The notes: a model not told the origin generated them from the sequence alone. DNA of 60,169 bases from an uncultured Candidatus Saccharibacteria bacterium (GCA_964405115.1 CAYOMN010000001.1:5755-65923), one strand, 5' to 3'. Shown: positions 8,056-18,421, counted from the first letter of the stretch. Numbers and translations are program-made.

Positions 8056-8536
8056 AGTATTTTAAATCCAACTTATCTCCAACAAAAAGATGATTATCAT
8101 CAGTAAAACCATTCTTAAATTCTAAAACATATAGTGACTTAATATTTGGTCCATAGGAACTAGGGTAATCTTTTGGTCTAGCATTCTTCTTTATATATAT
8201 AATTCTTTTTTCTTTATCAAGCCATACAATATCAATTGGAAATTTCATATCCTTCATCCAAAAATTATAATACCCACTTTTATCAAAAAGAAATAGCATA
8301 GCTTCATTATCACCGATATGATCTAAAATAGATAACCCCTTTTCACGATTTAATTTATCATCTGCTATATAAGTAGAAATTGATTTTCCGTTTATAGTAA
8401 ATATAACCATGTCTAATCTATTTTTTTTATAATCCATATTACTAAAACTAAATATAAACAAACCAACAACAAATAAAATTGTAATTATATAAAAAATATG
8501 CTTTTTTAAAAAAAATCTTTGTATGAAAATCTTCAT
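8054..8536 (-). CDS. DUF192 domain protein
   Basis: N-terminal TM segment. The stretch EAMLFLFD...FWMKDMKFPIDIVWLD fits the DUF192 pattern. Confidence 0.6.
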   Translation of the reverse strand: MKIFIQRFFLKKHIFYIITILFVVGLFIFSFSNMDYKKNRLDMVIFTINGKSISTYIADDKLNREKGLSILDHIGDNEAMLFLFDKSGYYNFWMKDMKFPIDIVWLDKEKRIIYIKKNARPKDYPSSYGPNIKSLYVLEFKNGFTDDNHLFVGDKLDLKY

Positions 8537-9143
8537 GTGCTATTATTGTATCATGTTTAAAAAGAAAGAATTAAAAGAAAAGAAAACATTACTACAAGAT
8601 TTTCTAGAATTACTACGTTTCACAGTATTAGTACTTATAATTGTAATACCACTAAGAATTTTTATAGCTCAACCATTTATAGTAAATGGACAATCTATGA
8701 TGCCAACATTTAAGAACGGAGATTACTTAATTGTTGACGAACTAACATTCAAATATTCAGAACCAAAAAGAGGAGAAGTTATCGTATTTAGACTACCATC
8801 TAATCATAAAAGATTTTTAATAAAACGTGTTGTTGGTCTTCCAGGAGAAACCGTTGTTATAAGCGGAAATAATATAACAATTACAAAAGAAAACGGTGAT
8901 GTAATTAAACTTGATGAAAATTATTTAAATGGATATTTTTCAAGCTACGGAACATGGAAATTAAAAAATAATGAATATTTTGTAATGGGAGACAATAGAA
9001 ATAATAGTTCTGACTCAAGATCTTGGGGTGTTCTAGATAAAGATCTAATTATTGGAAAAACATTCTTACGTTTATTCCCTTTTACAACAATAGGTTTTAA
9101 TCCAGGGCAAGTAGAACCAGGGCAAGTAGAAGTTGCACTATAA
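8523..9143 (+). CDS. lepB: signal peptidase I
   Basis: Motifs GQSMMPTFKNGDYLIVD, IKRVVGLPGE and GDNRNNSSDSRSWG. An alternative start is the ATG at 8553. Confidence 0.9.
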   Translation: MKIFMCYYCIMFKKKELKEKKTLLQDFLELLRFTVLVLIIVIPLRIFIAQPFIVNGQSMMPTFKNGDYLIVDELTFKYSEPKRGEVIVFRLPSNHKRFLIKRVVGLPGETVVISGNNITITKENGDVIKLDENYLNGYFSSYGTWKLKNNEYFVMGDNRNNSSDSRSWGVLDKDLIIGKTFLRLFPFTTIGFNPGQVEPGQVEVAL

Positions 9144-9229
9144 ATATATAATAAAGACAGGAATTGATGTAACGTTATTCCTATTTGTATCTACTTGTAA
9201 CTTAATATCAATAACTTATAATTTTATAT

Positions 9230-10510
9230 ATGTCTAAAAAATCAACAAAAGATATCCTACAAGCACCACGAGGTATGCGGGATTTTTTTGGCGAAAGCTT
9301 TAAAAAAAGGAAGAACTTCTTTTCATTTGCTGAAAAAATTGCTGAACATTATGGATTCTCAGGAATAGAAACACCTATACTAGAACATACTGAAATTTTT
9401 CTCAAAGGTATTGGCAAAGGAACTGATATTGTAGATAAAGAAATGTATGATCTCGAAACCAATGGTGGAGACAAACTTACACTTCGTCCAGAAGGAACAG
9501 CTGCAATTATGCGTGCTTACATAGAACATGGAATGGGAACACTTTCGCAACCATTGATGTTGTATTATGAGGGGCCTTTTTTCAGACATGAAAGACCACA
9601 AAAAGGTCGCTATCGACAACTTTACCAATTCGGACTTGAGATTATGGGTTCAAAAAATCCCGCTCACGATGCACTTATCATTCAAGCTGGTTACGACATT
9701 GTAAAAAAGTCAGGAAAAAAAATTTTAATTGGGATTAATAGTATAGGAAACACAGAAGAAAGAGTTGGCTATATTGAAAAATTAAAAGAGTTTTATAAAA
9801 AACATGAAGGTGAAATAGGAGAAAATGACATAACACGTATTGAAACAAACCCTCTTCGTATTCTTGATTCAAAAGATGAAGACACAATAAAGGTAAATGA
9901 AAATGCTCCCGAGCTTCTTAAGAGTCTTGGTATGGAATCTCGTATATTCTTTGACAATGTTCTTAGTTATCTTGATATACTCTCTATTCCCTATGAAGTT
10001 GTTCCCTCTCTTGTTCGTGGTCTTGATTATTATGAACACACTGTTTTTGAATACGTAACCTTAGATGAAAATGGAAATAAATCTCACGCGCTTGGTGGGG
10101 GTGGTCGCTATGACGGACTTGCTGAAACTCTTGGACACAATAAAGCAATTCCTTCTGTTGGGTTTGGACTTGGTGTGGATAGAATTATTGAAATTGCAGA
10201 GGAAGAAAGTTTTAAAAACACAAAAGAGAAAATAGAGATATTCTTTATCAGTCTTGGAAAAGAAAGCCACGGAAAAGCGCTTTCTCTTACAAAAGGTTTT
10301 AAAAACGAAAATATTCATTTGAAATTAAATCTTTCTGACCAAAAAATCGGAAAACAATTTGAAAAAGCGAAAAAACAAGGTTTTGAATACGTGCTTGTTC
10401 TCGGTGAAGATGAAATTAAAAATAATTCTATCATTTTAAAAAATCTCAAAACACAAGAACAAAAAGAAATAAGCTTGGATAAGCTTGAGAATGAATTAGA
10501 AAATTTATAA
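9230..10510 (+). CDS. hisS: histidine--tRNA ligase
   Basis: Class II motifs LRPEGTA, FRHERPQKGRYRQ and GGGGRYD. Confidence 0.92.
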   Translation: MSKKSTKDILQAPRGMRDFFGESFKKRKNFFSFAEKIAEHYGFSGIETPILEHTEIFLKGIGKGTDIVDKEMYDLETNGGDKLTLRPEGTAAIMRAYIEHGMGTLSQPLMLYYEGPFFRHERPQKGRYRQLYQFGLEIMGSKNPAHDALIIQAGYDIVKKSGKKILIGINSIGNTEERVGYIEKLKEFYKKHEGEIGENDITRIETNPLRILDSKDEDTIKVNENAPELLKSLGMESRIFFDNVLSYLDILSIPYEVVPSLVRGLDYYEHTVFEYVTLDENGNKSHALGGGGRYDGLAETLGHNKAIPSVGFGLGVDRIIEIAEEESFKNTKEKIEIFFISLGKESHGKALSLTKGFKNENIHLKLNLSDQKIGKQFEKAKKQGFEYVLVLGEDEIKNNSIILKNLKTQEQKEISLDKLENELENL

Positions 10511-10526
10511 ATTTTTAAAAAATACA

Positions 10527-10554
10527 AAAGGCGCAGCAAAGCTGCGCCTTTTTT
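10527..10554 (+). terminator. intrinsic terminator after hisS
   Basis: GC stem ggcgcagc/gctgcgcc followed by a T-run. Confidence 0.8.
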
Positions 10555-10702
10555 AATACCAATCTTCCAAACAAAAACATATTTATAAAAACAAACAAAT
10601 TACCAACAAAGATTTACTTCACATAAATTCGCTTGACATTTTTCTCTCTCTTTGCTATCGTTAATAACGAAAATATTTTCATAAAATAATAACTTACAAA
10701 AA

Positions 10703-11281
10703 ATGGATAAAATAGTATTCACAGGAAACGGATGGGTTGAGTTAAACTCAACAATGCCATTATTTGCAGAAGTAGAATCTGCAACAAACGAAAGACTTCT
10801 CTTCCAGAAAAAAGAAAAAATATTAATCTTCAATAATATGAGAATTAAAAAAATGGAAGCAAATTATGTTTTCTACATTGGTATGATAGATCTTTCGACA
10901 TTCATCTTGTTAAAATTTGAAGACGTAAAGAGAATCGTTCTGTTAAAAGAAAATTCTCGAGAAGAAACATTTTGGCACAACGAAGATATTTACAAGAAAG
11001 AAAATTCCACACTATGTGGAAATAAATTCTTGGGAGAATATTTAGTAATTTCAAATCCAGAAGATTTAGCTTTTGGAGAAATTTTAGAAAAAAAATGCGA
11101 AAATTGTTTTTTTCGCCCAAGAGAAGAAAAACCTAAAACATGTAATATTATTACAGGAAAAGGAAATATGCGTCCGAGAACACTGTTCAGAAGACGAAAA
11201 AAAGAAATAATGCCACAAAAAATTGATGGTAAAGAAATAGCTCAGTATTGCCCATACTTTACACATTGGGATGCTAAATAA
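10703..11281 (+). CDS. hypothetical protein with a Cys-rich C-terminal region
   Basis: 192-aa ORF bracketed by terminators. It has CxxC...C...C near the C-terminus. I recognise no family. Confidence 0.45.
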   Translation: MDKIVFTGNGWVELNSTMPLFAEVESATNERLLFQKKEKILIFNNMRIKKMEANYVFYIGMIDLSTFILLKFEDVKRIVLLKENSREETFWHNEDIYKKENSTLCGNKFLGEYLVISNPEDLAFGEILEKKCENCFFRPREEKPKTCNIITGKGNMRPRTLFRRRKKEIMPQKIDGKEIAQYCPYFTHWDAK

Positions 11282-11286
11282 TATCT

Positions 11287-11324
11287 AAAAAGCACAAAAT
11301 ACAATTTGATTTTGTGCTTTTTTT
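11287..11324 (+). terminator. intrinsic terminator
   Basis: Stem agcacaaaat/attttgtgct followed by a T-run. Confidence 0.7.
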
Positions 11325-11384
11325 AAAAATCAAAACCAACAAAGTAATTCGTCCATTTTTTGGTTTTTTGTTATACTCTATTAT

Positions 11385-11897
11385 ATGATTAAAGAAATAG
11401 TACAAGACCCACACCCAGCGCTTCGTAACCCAGCACAAAAAGTAGATGTGGAAAAGATAACTTCACAGGAAATACAAGAACTTATACAAGACATGCATGA
11501 CTCACTTGCAACACAAAAAGATGGAGTTGCTCTTGCTGCTCCACAAATCTCTGTTGAAAAACAAATTTTTATCGTTGCTCCATTCATTTTTGAAAATCCA
11601 AAAGAAGAACATCTTGTTTATATTAACCCTAAAATACTTTCATCGTCTAAAAAGACTTCATTAAAGCATGAAGGCTGTCTTTCTTGTCGTTGGAAAGTTG
11701 GAGAAGTAAAACGTAACGAAGAAATTGAAATTGAAGCATATGATGAAAATGGAAATAAATTTACACAAGCAACAGACGGACTCTTGGCACATATTTACCA
11801 ACATGAGACTGACCATTTTAATGGAGTTCTATTTATAGATAAAGCAAAAAACCTAAGAGACATGACAGATGATGAAATAAAAGATATTAAAAAATAA
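11385..11897 (+). CDS. def: peptide deformylase
   Basis: Motifs GVALAAPQI, EGCLS and HETDH. Confidence 0.92.
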   Translation: MIKEIVQDPHPALRNPAQKVDVEKITSQEIQELIQDMHDSLATQKDGVALAAPQISVEKQIFIVAPFIFENPKEEHLVYINPKILSSSKKTSLKHEGCLSCRWKVGEVKRNEEIEIEAYDENGNKFTQATDGLLAHIYQHETDHFNGVLFIDKAKNLRDMTDDEIKDIKK

Positions 11898-11971
11898 ATT
11901 TAATAACACAATAAAAACAAAAAATGTAACAAAACCTTTTTGTTTTTTATTTTTCAAATATAATAATTATT

Positions 11972-12820
11972 ATGAACAAAAAAAGTATAAAATTTGTTTT
12001 TTTTGGAACTCCTGAATTTTCAACCATTGTTTTAGATGAATTAAAAAATGCTGGATATGTACCATCACTAATTATCACAGCACATGACAGACCTGTTGGA
12101 CGAAAACATACTATTACATCACCACCAGTAAAAATATGGGCTGATAAAAATAATATTGAGTGTTGGCAACCAGAACACCCACGTGATGTTATTAAAGAAT
12201 TAGCAGAACGTAATGATGATATTTTTATTATTGCATCATATGGATATATCGTTTCACAAAAAATTTTGGATATTCCCAAATATGGTGTGTTAAATGTACA
12301 TACTTCTCTGTTACCTAAATACCGTGGAGCCTCACCTATTGAATCAGCAATCCTTAATGGCGACACTGAAACAGGCTCAACCATTATGAAAATGTCACTA
12401 AAAATGGATGTTGGTCCAATTTTATCACAAACAGTTATTCCAATAGATAACAAAATAACAAAACCGGAACTTTTTGAAATTTTAGCTCACGATGGAGGAA
12501 AACTTTTAACAAAAGTATTAGAACCATACATAAAAGGAGAAATTAAAGAAAGAGAACAGGAACACTCACTTGCAACGTACTGTAAAAAACTAACAAAAGA
12601 AGATGCAAATCTAACTAATATTAATAATGATATAAAAAAGTGGAATAAATATCGTGCTTTCTATGGATGGCCAGGATCATTTATTTTTGATAATAACCTA
12701 CGACTAAAGATAACAAAAGCAAAAAAAGAAAATAATAAATTCATTATAGAAAAAGTCATTCCCGCAGGGAAAAATGAAATGGATTATGCAGTCTATCTAA
12801 AAAATAAAAAGATATGTTAG
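11972..12820 (+). CDS. fmt: methionyl-tRNA formyltransferase
   Basis: Motif NVHTSLLPKYRGASPI, and the def-fmt gene order. Confidence 0.9.
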   Translation: MNKKSIKFVFFGTPEFSTIVLDELKNAGYVPSLIITAHDRPVGRKHTITSPPVKIWADKNNIECWQPEHPRDVIKELAERNDDIFIIASYGYIVSQKILDIPKYGVLNVHTSLLPKYRGASPIESAILNGDTETGSTIMKMSLKMDVGPILSQTVIPIDNKITKPELFEILAHDGGKLLTKVLEPYIKGEIKEREQEHSLATYCKKLTKEDANLTNINNDIKKWNKYRAFYGWPGSFIFDNNLRLKITKAKKENNKFIIEKVIPAGKNEMDYAVYLKNKKIC

Positions 12821-13959
12821 ATTTTCTAAGAATTTATAATAAAAATAATGAATTAAATAATTTTTATATATCAATATTTATAAGAAAACTTGGATTATCT
12901 TTAATAAGTATATTTGTGCCAATCTACCTATATAAGATAGGATTTAGCATAACAAAGATACTATTCTTTTACTTAATATTATCGATAAGTTTCATATCAT
13001 TGTCATATTTAGGCGGAAAAATCATTTCTAAAATAGGAAAAAAACATGCGATCCTCCTATCAGCCCCAATAACAATATTGGTATATATTGGGTTAATATT
13101 TATAAAGGATTTCAATATATTATTTTATATAATACCGATTATCTCTGCCATATCTAATATATTCTATAACATAAGTTATCATCTAATATTTACAAGACAC
13201 TCACACGATAAAACACGTAGTAGTGAGATTGCATTAATTGGAATACTGGCGATTATAGCAGGAATCATATCTCCATATATTGGTGGTATTATAGCAGAAA
13301 TAGATTTTTCAACATTATTTATAATAAGTTCTCTCCTTATAGCAATAAGTTCAATCCCATTATTTTTTACAAAAGACACTTATGAAAAAGTAGAATTCTC
13401 TACAAAAAAATTATTTAGAAAGATTTTTCAAAAAGAAAATAAAGGAAATTTTATAAGTTTTTCCTCTTATGGAATAGAAAGAATAATCGATGCTGTAATA
13501 TGGCCAATCTTTATAATTATAATTATTAAAGATATTGAAAAGACAGGACTAATAATCTCTCTTTCAACTATCCTTTCAATATTAATATATTATTTTTTTG
13601 GAAAAATATCAGACAAATTAAATAAATTAAGATTAATAAAGATGGGTTCATATTTATATAGTCTGTCTTGGATAATTCGTCTATTCTCAAAAAATTTCTA
13701 TAGCGTCTTAGCAACAGACTCATTCAAAAACGTATCTCAAAAAATACTTAGAATACCATGGGAAGCACATACTTATGAATTAACAAAAAGGACAGATTAT
13801 CTTGAGTTCATAATAATGAAAGAAAATATATTTAACATATCAAGAATAATCATATTCACTATCTTAATACCAATATTTTATTTTGACTTTTATCCATTCA
13901 CAATAAGTATTATATTAGGTGGGGTTTTCAGTCTTGGCTATCAATATATAAAAAAATAA
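12814..13959 (+). CDS. polytopic membrane protein (MFS-like transporter)
   Basis: About 10-12 hydrophobic spans. It overlaps the fmt stop by 7 nt. Confidence 0.4.
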   Translation: MLDFLRIYNKNNELNNFYISIFIRKLGLSLISIFVPIYLYKIGFSITKILFFYLILSISFISLSYLGGKIISKIGKKHAILLSAPITILVYIGLIFIKDFNILFYIIPIISAISNIFYNISYHLIFTRHSHDKTRSSEIALIGILAIIAGIISPYIGGIIAEIDFSTLFIISSLLIAISSIPLFFTKDTYEKVEFSTKKLFRKIFQKENKGNFISFSSYGIERIIDAVIWPIFIIIIIKDIEKTGLIISLSTILSILIYYFFGKISDKLNKLRLIKMGSYLYSLSWIIRLFSKNFYSVLATDSFKNVSQKILRIPWEAHTYELTKRTDYLEFIIMKENIFNISRIIIFTILIPIFYFDFYPFTISIILGGVFSLGYQYIKK

Positions 13960-13982
13960 AATGATGATATAATATTATTGTT

Positions 13983-14768
13983 ATGGAAAATAAAGGAAAA
14001 CAAGATGTTTATATCACTCATGATCAAATTGATGATATAGAAGATAAATTACAAATTACACGTGGATCACTTGGTAGTATCCCCGATTATGCACGTGTAC
14101 CTGGTATTAATATGGTCAAAAGAATTCTTGAGATGCAAAAGAAGACTCTATTTAGAGAAGGTCTTTACTATATCGTATTATCAGATATATCAAAAAATAC
14201 AGAGTTTAATGTAAAATACGGAAATGCACACGCTGACATTCGTAACCAGTGGTTTCATACAGCAGTAATCGAAGCACTTGGAGAAATTGAATTAAATAAT
14301 TATGCAAACTTTATAAAAACAATAGGAGATGCATCATTAGTAGTATTCTCTTCTATCGGTGACATTATAAAATGGTCAGAAAAACTTAATGAAACGCTCG
14401 AAATATATAACAAAGAATATGAAACCCAATTACGTGAAGATAGACTACCAACTCATATATTTGATCATAATAAGCATGATATAGAACAACAAATAAAAGA
14501 CTTTAAATTAGACGTTCGAAGACTTATACATGTTGGTGAAATACAATATACAGATGAATATGACCCATTATCACTTGCTATAAGTCAAACATTCAAAGTT
14601 GAGAAGAATTTTGCACGTACAGATCTTGGATGTACAGGAAGAGCTGCTAGGTTAATTGAACCAGCACTAATAGAACATGGTTATAAATTAAAAGAAAATA
14701 AAAAAATAGATATGCAAGGAGAAGAAGGACTTGTTATGTCATACTATATAGTAAAAGTTGATGACTAA
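13983..14768 (+). CDS. divergent class III nucleotidyl-cyclase-like protein (hypothetical)
   Basis: YYIVLSDISKNTEF (compare vlFxDIxGfT), FIKTIGDASLVVFS (compare KtiGDaxmavF) and LDVRRLIHVGEIQY (compare vRiGiHtGxv) occur in the order and spacing of a cyclase homology domain. Confidence 0.4.
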   Translation: MENKGKQDVYITHDQIDDIEDKLQITRGSLGSIPDYARVPGINMVKRILEMQKKTLFREGLYYIVLSDISKNTEFNVKYGNAHADIRNQWFHTAVIEALGEIELNNYANFIKTIGDASLVVFSSIGDIIKWSEKLNETLEIYNKEYETQLREDRLPTHIFDHNKHDIEQQIKDFKLDVRRLIHVGEIQYTDEYDPLSLAISQTFKVEKNFARTDLGCTGRAARLIEPALIEHGYKLKENKKIDMQGEEGLVMSYYIVKVDD

Positions 14769-14816
14769 GTTATATACAAAAAAAAGACATTAAGAGTCTT
14801 TTTTTGTATATAACTT
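14767..14816. terminator. bidirectional terminator (long near-perfect palindrome)
   Basis: aagttatatacaaaaaaaagac...gtctttttttgtatataactt lies between two convergent genes. Confidence 0.7.
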
Positions 14817-15420
14817 ATTTTACAATCTCGATTGACTTAATAATAACTGGTTCTATTGGTTTATCATCTGAATATGTCTCTGTATTCTCAATCTCTCTAA
14901 CAACATTCATACCAGAAACTACATTCCCAAATACAGTATGCTTTTGATCTAGAAAATCATTATCAGCAGTATTAATAAAAAATTGTGATCCATTTGTATT
15001 TGGTCCAGCATTTGCCATTGAAATTGATCCAATGACATTTTTATTATTAGAACTAATCTCATCATCAAATTGATAACCAGGACCACCAGTTCCCCAACGA
15101 TCCATCATACTATCATCTTTGGATAATGGATCTCCCCCTTGAATCATAAATCCTTTAATAACTCTATGAAATTTTGTTTTATCATAGAATCCTTCTTCTG
15201 ATAATTTTACAAAATTTTCTACTGTTTTTGGAGTTTGCTCGCTTAATAGTGAGATTTCTATATCTCCCTTATTTGTTTTTAATATAGCTTTCATATTTTT
15301 TGTATGTTGTGTTTGCCCAATTTCTATTTGTTTTTCTACCCTATTAAATATATTTGTTTTCTTTCCTATTACAAAAATAATAATAATTAATGCAATAATA
15401 ATCCCGATTTTTTTTATCAT
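14815..15420 (-). CDS. membrane-anchored cyclophilin-type peptidyl-prolyl isomerase
   Basis: Motifs FHRVIKGFMIQGGDP and GSQFFI, with an N-terminal TM segment. Confidence 0.9.
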   Translation of the reverse strand: MIKKIGIIIALIIIIFVIGKKTNIFNRVEKQIEIGQTQHTKNMKAILKTNKGDIEISLLSEQTPKTVENFVKLSEEGFYDKTKFHRVIKGFMIQGGDPLSKDDSMMDRWGTGGPGYQFDDEISSNNKNVIGSISMANAGPNTNGSQFFINTADNDFLDQKHTVFGNVVSGMNVVREIENTETYSDDKPIEPVIIKSIEIVK

Positions 15421-15421
15421 G

Positions 15422-15775
15422 TTATTTTCTTTTTCTTAACATTTTTTTAAAAGCGCGCCCAGTTGACCTTAATAGTTTTCTTGATTTACTTCTATCATTC
15501 CTAATGATTCTATAAACATCTCCATAGGAATGATTAAAAGCCTTCCTTATATCACTCTGGTATTCGTCGGCAAAATAATTATATTTACCATCTTCTATGG
15601 TTATAGAAACATAAAATAAATCTTGTCCACTATTATCTGTACGTGTTTGTTCAACATCAATATAAGCGTGGGCATTTGAAGTAAAAAACTTTCTAAGATT
15701 TTCTATTCTCCTTACCATAAAATTTTGTTCCTCTGTATAAAGTTCTATTCTTCTTGTTTTAAAAAAAATTTGCAT
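15422..15775 (-). CDS. hpf: ribosome hibernation factor / S30AE family (HPF/RaiA-like)
   Basis: Size and the beta-alpha-beta pattern MQIFFKTRRIELYTEEQNFMVRRIENLRKFF...YVSITIEDGKYNYFADEYQSDIRKAFNHSYGDVYRII. It overlaps the truB 3' end by 31 nt. Confidence 0.55.
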   Translation of the reverse strand: MQIFFKTRRIELYTEEQNFMVRRIENLRKFFTSNAHAYIDVEQTRTDNSGQDLFYVSITIEDGKYNYFADEYQSDIRKAFNHSYGDVYRIIRNDRSKSRKLLRSTGRAFKKMLRKRK

Positions 15776-16515
15776 ATTCCTTTTCTAATTAACGAATATA
15801 ACCTTATTATAACAGATTTTTTATTAATATAAAAAGAATCTTTATCTAGATAATTATCTATTGATATACGGTAAAGCGATTTTAAACTTGCTGGATAATC
15901 TATCTTTTTTCCGAACTCTTCTGCTAGTGTTCGCATATAAGTACCCGAACCAACTTCTGCACGTATTCTTAGTATATGTATCTTATTATCTCTATATAGA
16001 TTAAGAATCTTAACTCTTTTCAAATTCATTTCTTTTTCTGGTATAAATGATGGAACTTTTCCTTCTCTAGCATATTTATATAATGGCTTTCCAAGAACTT
16101 TCACTGCAGAATATAATGGTGCTTTGTAATAATTTTTTCCAACAAAAGACTGAATAGCATTATTCAATAATGACTCATCCATATCAGTATTATTAGTTAT
16201 TTTTTCTTCAACAATCTCACCCTCCATATCTCCAGTTGTTGTTGATCTTCCAATAAGAATATCTGCTATATAAACCTTATCTAAACCAACATAGTTTTTC
16301 ATCTTTTTTGTTCCAGAACCTACCCCAATTATCATAAGTCCAGTCGCAAGTGGATCCAACGTTCCAGCATGACCAATCTTTTTTGTTCGCAATATTTTTT
16401 TTAATTTAGAAACAAGCCCAAAAGACGAAATTCCAACTGGTTTATGAACCATAATAATCCCGTCTTCTATATAATATTTTTTATCTATCTTACAATTTTC
16501 CACAACATTAATCAT
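15745..16515 (-). CDS. truB: tRNA pseudouridine(55) synthase
   Basis: Motif GHAGTLDPLATGLM. Confidence 0.88.
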   Translation of the reverse strand: MINVVENCKIDKKYYIEDGIIMVHKPVGISSFGLVSKLKKILRTKKIGHAGTLDPLATGLMIIGVGSGTKKMKNYVGLDKVYIADILIGRSTTTGDMEGEIVEEKITNNTDMDESLLNNAIQSFVGKNYYKAPLYSAVKVLGKPLYKYAREGKVPSFIPEKEMNLKRVKILNLYRDNKIHILRIRAEVGSGTYMRTLAEEFGKKIDYPASLKSLYRISIDNYLDKDSFYINKKSVIIRLYSLIRKGICKFFLKQEE

Positions 16516-16595
16516 AACATAAGAAAAACTACTTGACTAGATATCTGTTTATTGTATATTTTTATATAAAGTATTATTAATTTAAATTTATTTTT

Positions 16596-16949
16596 ATGAA
16601 AAAAATAGAAATGCATTTAAAGAGCGCTATAGAAATAATAAAAAGAAGTAGTAAGGCTCTAGTCTTCTATAAAAATAAAAATAGACAATGTTTTCTTGCC
16701 TATAAATTTATCATCAAAGGATATCCTGCTTATGATGAAAAATTTTTTTATGAAAAACTAAAACCTTATATCATAAACAAAAAAAAGATTACTATTTTAA
16801 AAGAAGAGAAATGGATAAAAGAAAACTCAGACAATAAGAAAAGTTGTATTGAAGCTGAGAATATCGAAAAAAGAAGATTTGACGAATTCTGTGCTGGTGA
16901 AGAAGATATATGGGAAAACACATATGGTACAAATTGTCCTTATTTATAA
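16596..16949 (+). CDS. hypothetical protein
   Basis: 117-aa ORF followed by a terminator. No recognisable motif. Confidence 0.4.
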   Translation: MKKIEMHLKSAIEIIKRSSKALVFYKNKNRQCFLAYKFIIKGYPAYDEKFFYEKLKPYIINKKKITILKEEKWIKENSDNKKSCIEAENIEKRRFDEFCAGEEDIWENTYGTNCPYL

Positions 16950-16950
16950 A

Positions 16951-16990
16951 ATCCATGTGAGCACAAGTAAAGTACTCACATGGATTTTTT
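16951..16990. terminator. bidirectional terminator hairpin
   Basis: Stem atccatgtgag...ctcacatggat followed by a T-run. Confidence 0.65.
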
Positions 16991-17561
16991 ATTGATTATC
17001 AATAATCTCCATCTGTCTTATAACCTTATCTGCATAATCAGGAACAACAGAAGGAGGATTGTATGCTTCTAAAATTCCTCTTACATCCTTGTTTGCATAA
17101 TGTTTAGCTGTTCTGGGATACTTACCAGCTAAATTCATACTAATATGATCAATTGCTTCTTCATATGAATTAAAACCTATGGCACATGAACCCCAGCCAA
17201 ATGCATTATTATCAACTTTCTTACAAGCAAATTTACCTCCCGTAGATTCAATAAAGCTAATAGCAGCAACAAGTCTCCAATCTATATCATATCTATCAGC
17301 AGAAATTACAAACAGTTCTGCATATTTAGCTAGAGGTAAGTCATACCTATTGAAAAAAAATTTTATCTTATCAACCCTATAATCATTTATAATACCAATA
17401 GTTGGTTCATCGTTTATGAGACTAGTACCGCTATCTTCAAATAATGCAAAAGCTTGTGATGAAAAAGCCATATAAAATGAATAAGTAATTATAAATAATT
17501 TATAGCTCGTTTTTAGAAATATATTCCTAAATATTTCTTTTTTTAAAAAAAATTTTGTCAT
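16989..17561 (-). CDS. secreted glucosaminidase (GH73)-like cell-wall hydrolase
   Basis: C-terminal stretch AISFIESTGGKF...NNAFGWG...FNSYEEAIDHIS. I place the start at ATG 17561 (MTKFF..., signal-like). The longer ORF, running to 17843, would overlap rpe. Confidence 0.45.
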   Translation of the reverse strand: MTKFFLKKEIFRNIFLKTSYKLFIITYSFYMAFSSQAFALFEDSGTSLINDEPTIGIINDYRVDKIKFFFNRYDLPLAKYAELFVISADRYDIDWRLVAAISFIESTGGKFACKKVDNNAFGWGSCAIGFNSYEEAIDHISMNLAGKYPRTAKHYANKDVRGILEAYNPPSVVPDYADKVIRQMEIIDNQ

Positions 17562-17697
17562 AAATTGCGATATGTGCTCCGCAAAAACTCCATTAAAAAA
17601 ATCCACTAAAAGTGGAAATACTTTAATATAATAGCAAAATACAGAAATTTTGTCAATGAATATATGAAAGTTATCCACAGTTAATATTTTTATGTAC

Positions 17698-18399
17698 TTA
17701 TATATTTTTGTTAATAACTTCTTGTAAATATTCAATATTTTCGTTAATAATCCCAAACGAAAAGATTCCTGAGCCTGAAATAAAACGATCCACACCAGCA
17801 TCGCGTAACTCTGAGATTGTATCAATTGAAACTCCTCCATCAATTGATATTATCAACTCTGGATACTTATTACGTAATATCTTTATAATTCCTATAGAAC
17901 CATAGTCAAAAGGCTCTCCCATATATCCAATCCGTGAAATACCCATAACTTGCACAAAGTCTATAATATTATTATCAAGCAACGAAAAAATATCTTCGAG
18001 GTTATCATGTATAGTTACAGCAACACCTAATTCTATAAAATCACGGATTGCGTGATCTATATTTTTTATTATTTCCCAATCTAATACGGATTTATAATGA
18101 AAAATTACACGTGAAGCTCCAATATGAAGCCATGTATCCAAATTAAGTTCTGGACGCTCTACCATTAGATCAAGCTCATAATTAATATGATTCCATAAAG
18201 GTAAACCTATATTTTCGTTTTTTAAATCATCTAAAAAATAATCATTCTTATAAAGAAATGGCCATGTTTTTTCTGAGACATATTTTCCATCCATAATGTC
18301 AAGTTGAACTGTTTTAACACTTTGAAAAACAGACTCAACTGTTTCGGCAATATCTTCAAATTCTTTTGGCATACATGCTGGTATAATTTCTTTATTCAT
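17698..18399 (-). CDS. rpe: ribulose-phosphate 3-epimerase family protein
   Basis: Motifs LDIMDGKYV, VQVMGI..GY.GEPF and SIDGGVS. The start at ATG 18399 lies 22 nt after the rpiB stop. Confidence 0.75.
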   Translation of the reverse strand: MNKEIIPACMPKEFEDIAETVESVFQSVKTVQLDIMDGKYVSEKTWPFLYKNDYFLDDLKNENIGLPLWNHINYELDLMVERPELNLDTWLHIGASRVIFHYKSVLDWEIIKNIDHAIRDFIELGVAVTIHDNLEDIFSLLDNNIIDFVQVMGISRIGYMGEPFDYGSIGIIKILRNKYPELIISIDGGVSIDTISELRDAGVDRFISGSGIFSFGIINENIEYLQEVINKNI

Positions 18400-18421
18400 A
18401 AAAATGATAGTTATTATATAT

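Noticed and set aside
13983-14768. Calling the cyclase-like gene a Pycsar or CBASS defence system
   Set aside because: No adjacent effector (TIR, cNMP-binding TM, patatin or endonuclease) is present. The downstream gene is convergent housekeeping (a PPIase). The gene is kept only as an orphan candidate.
15745-15775. The 31-nt overlap of the truB 3' end with the hpf start as a sign of a frameshift or fusion
   Set aside because: Both ORFs have complete family-typical ends. The overlap is compatible with compact operon organisation or a slightly later hpf start.
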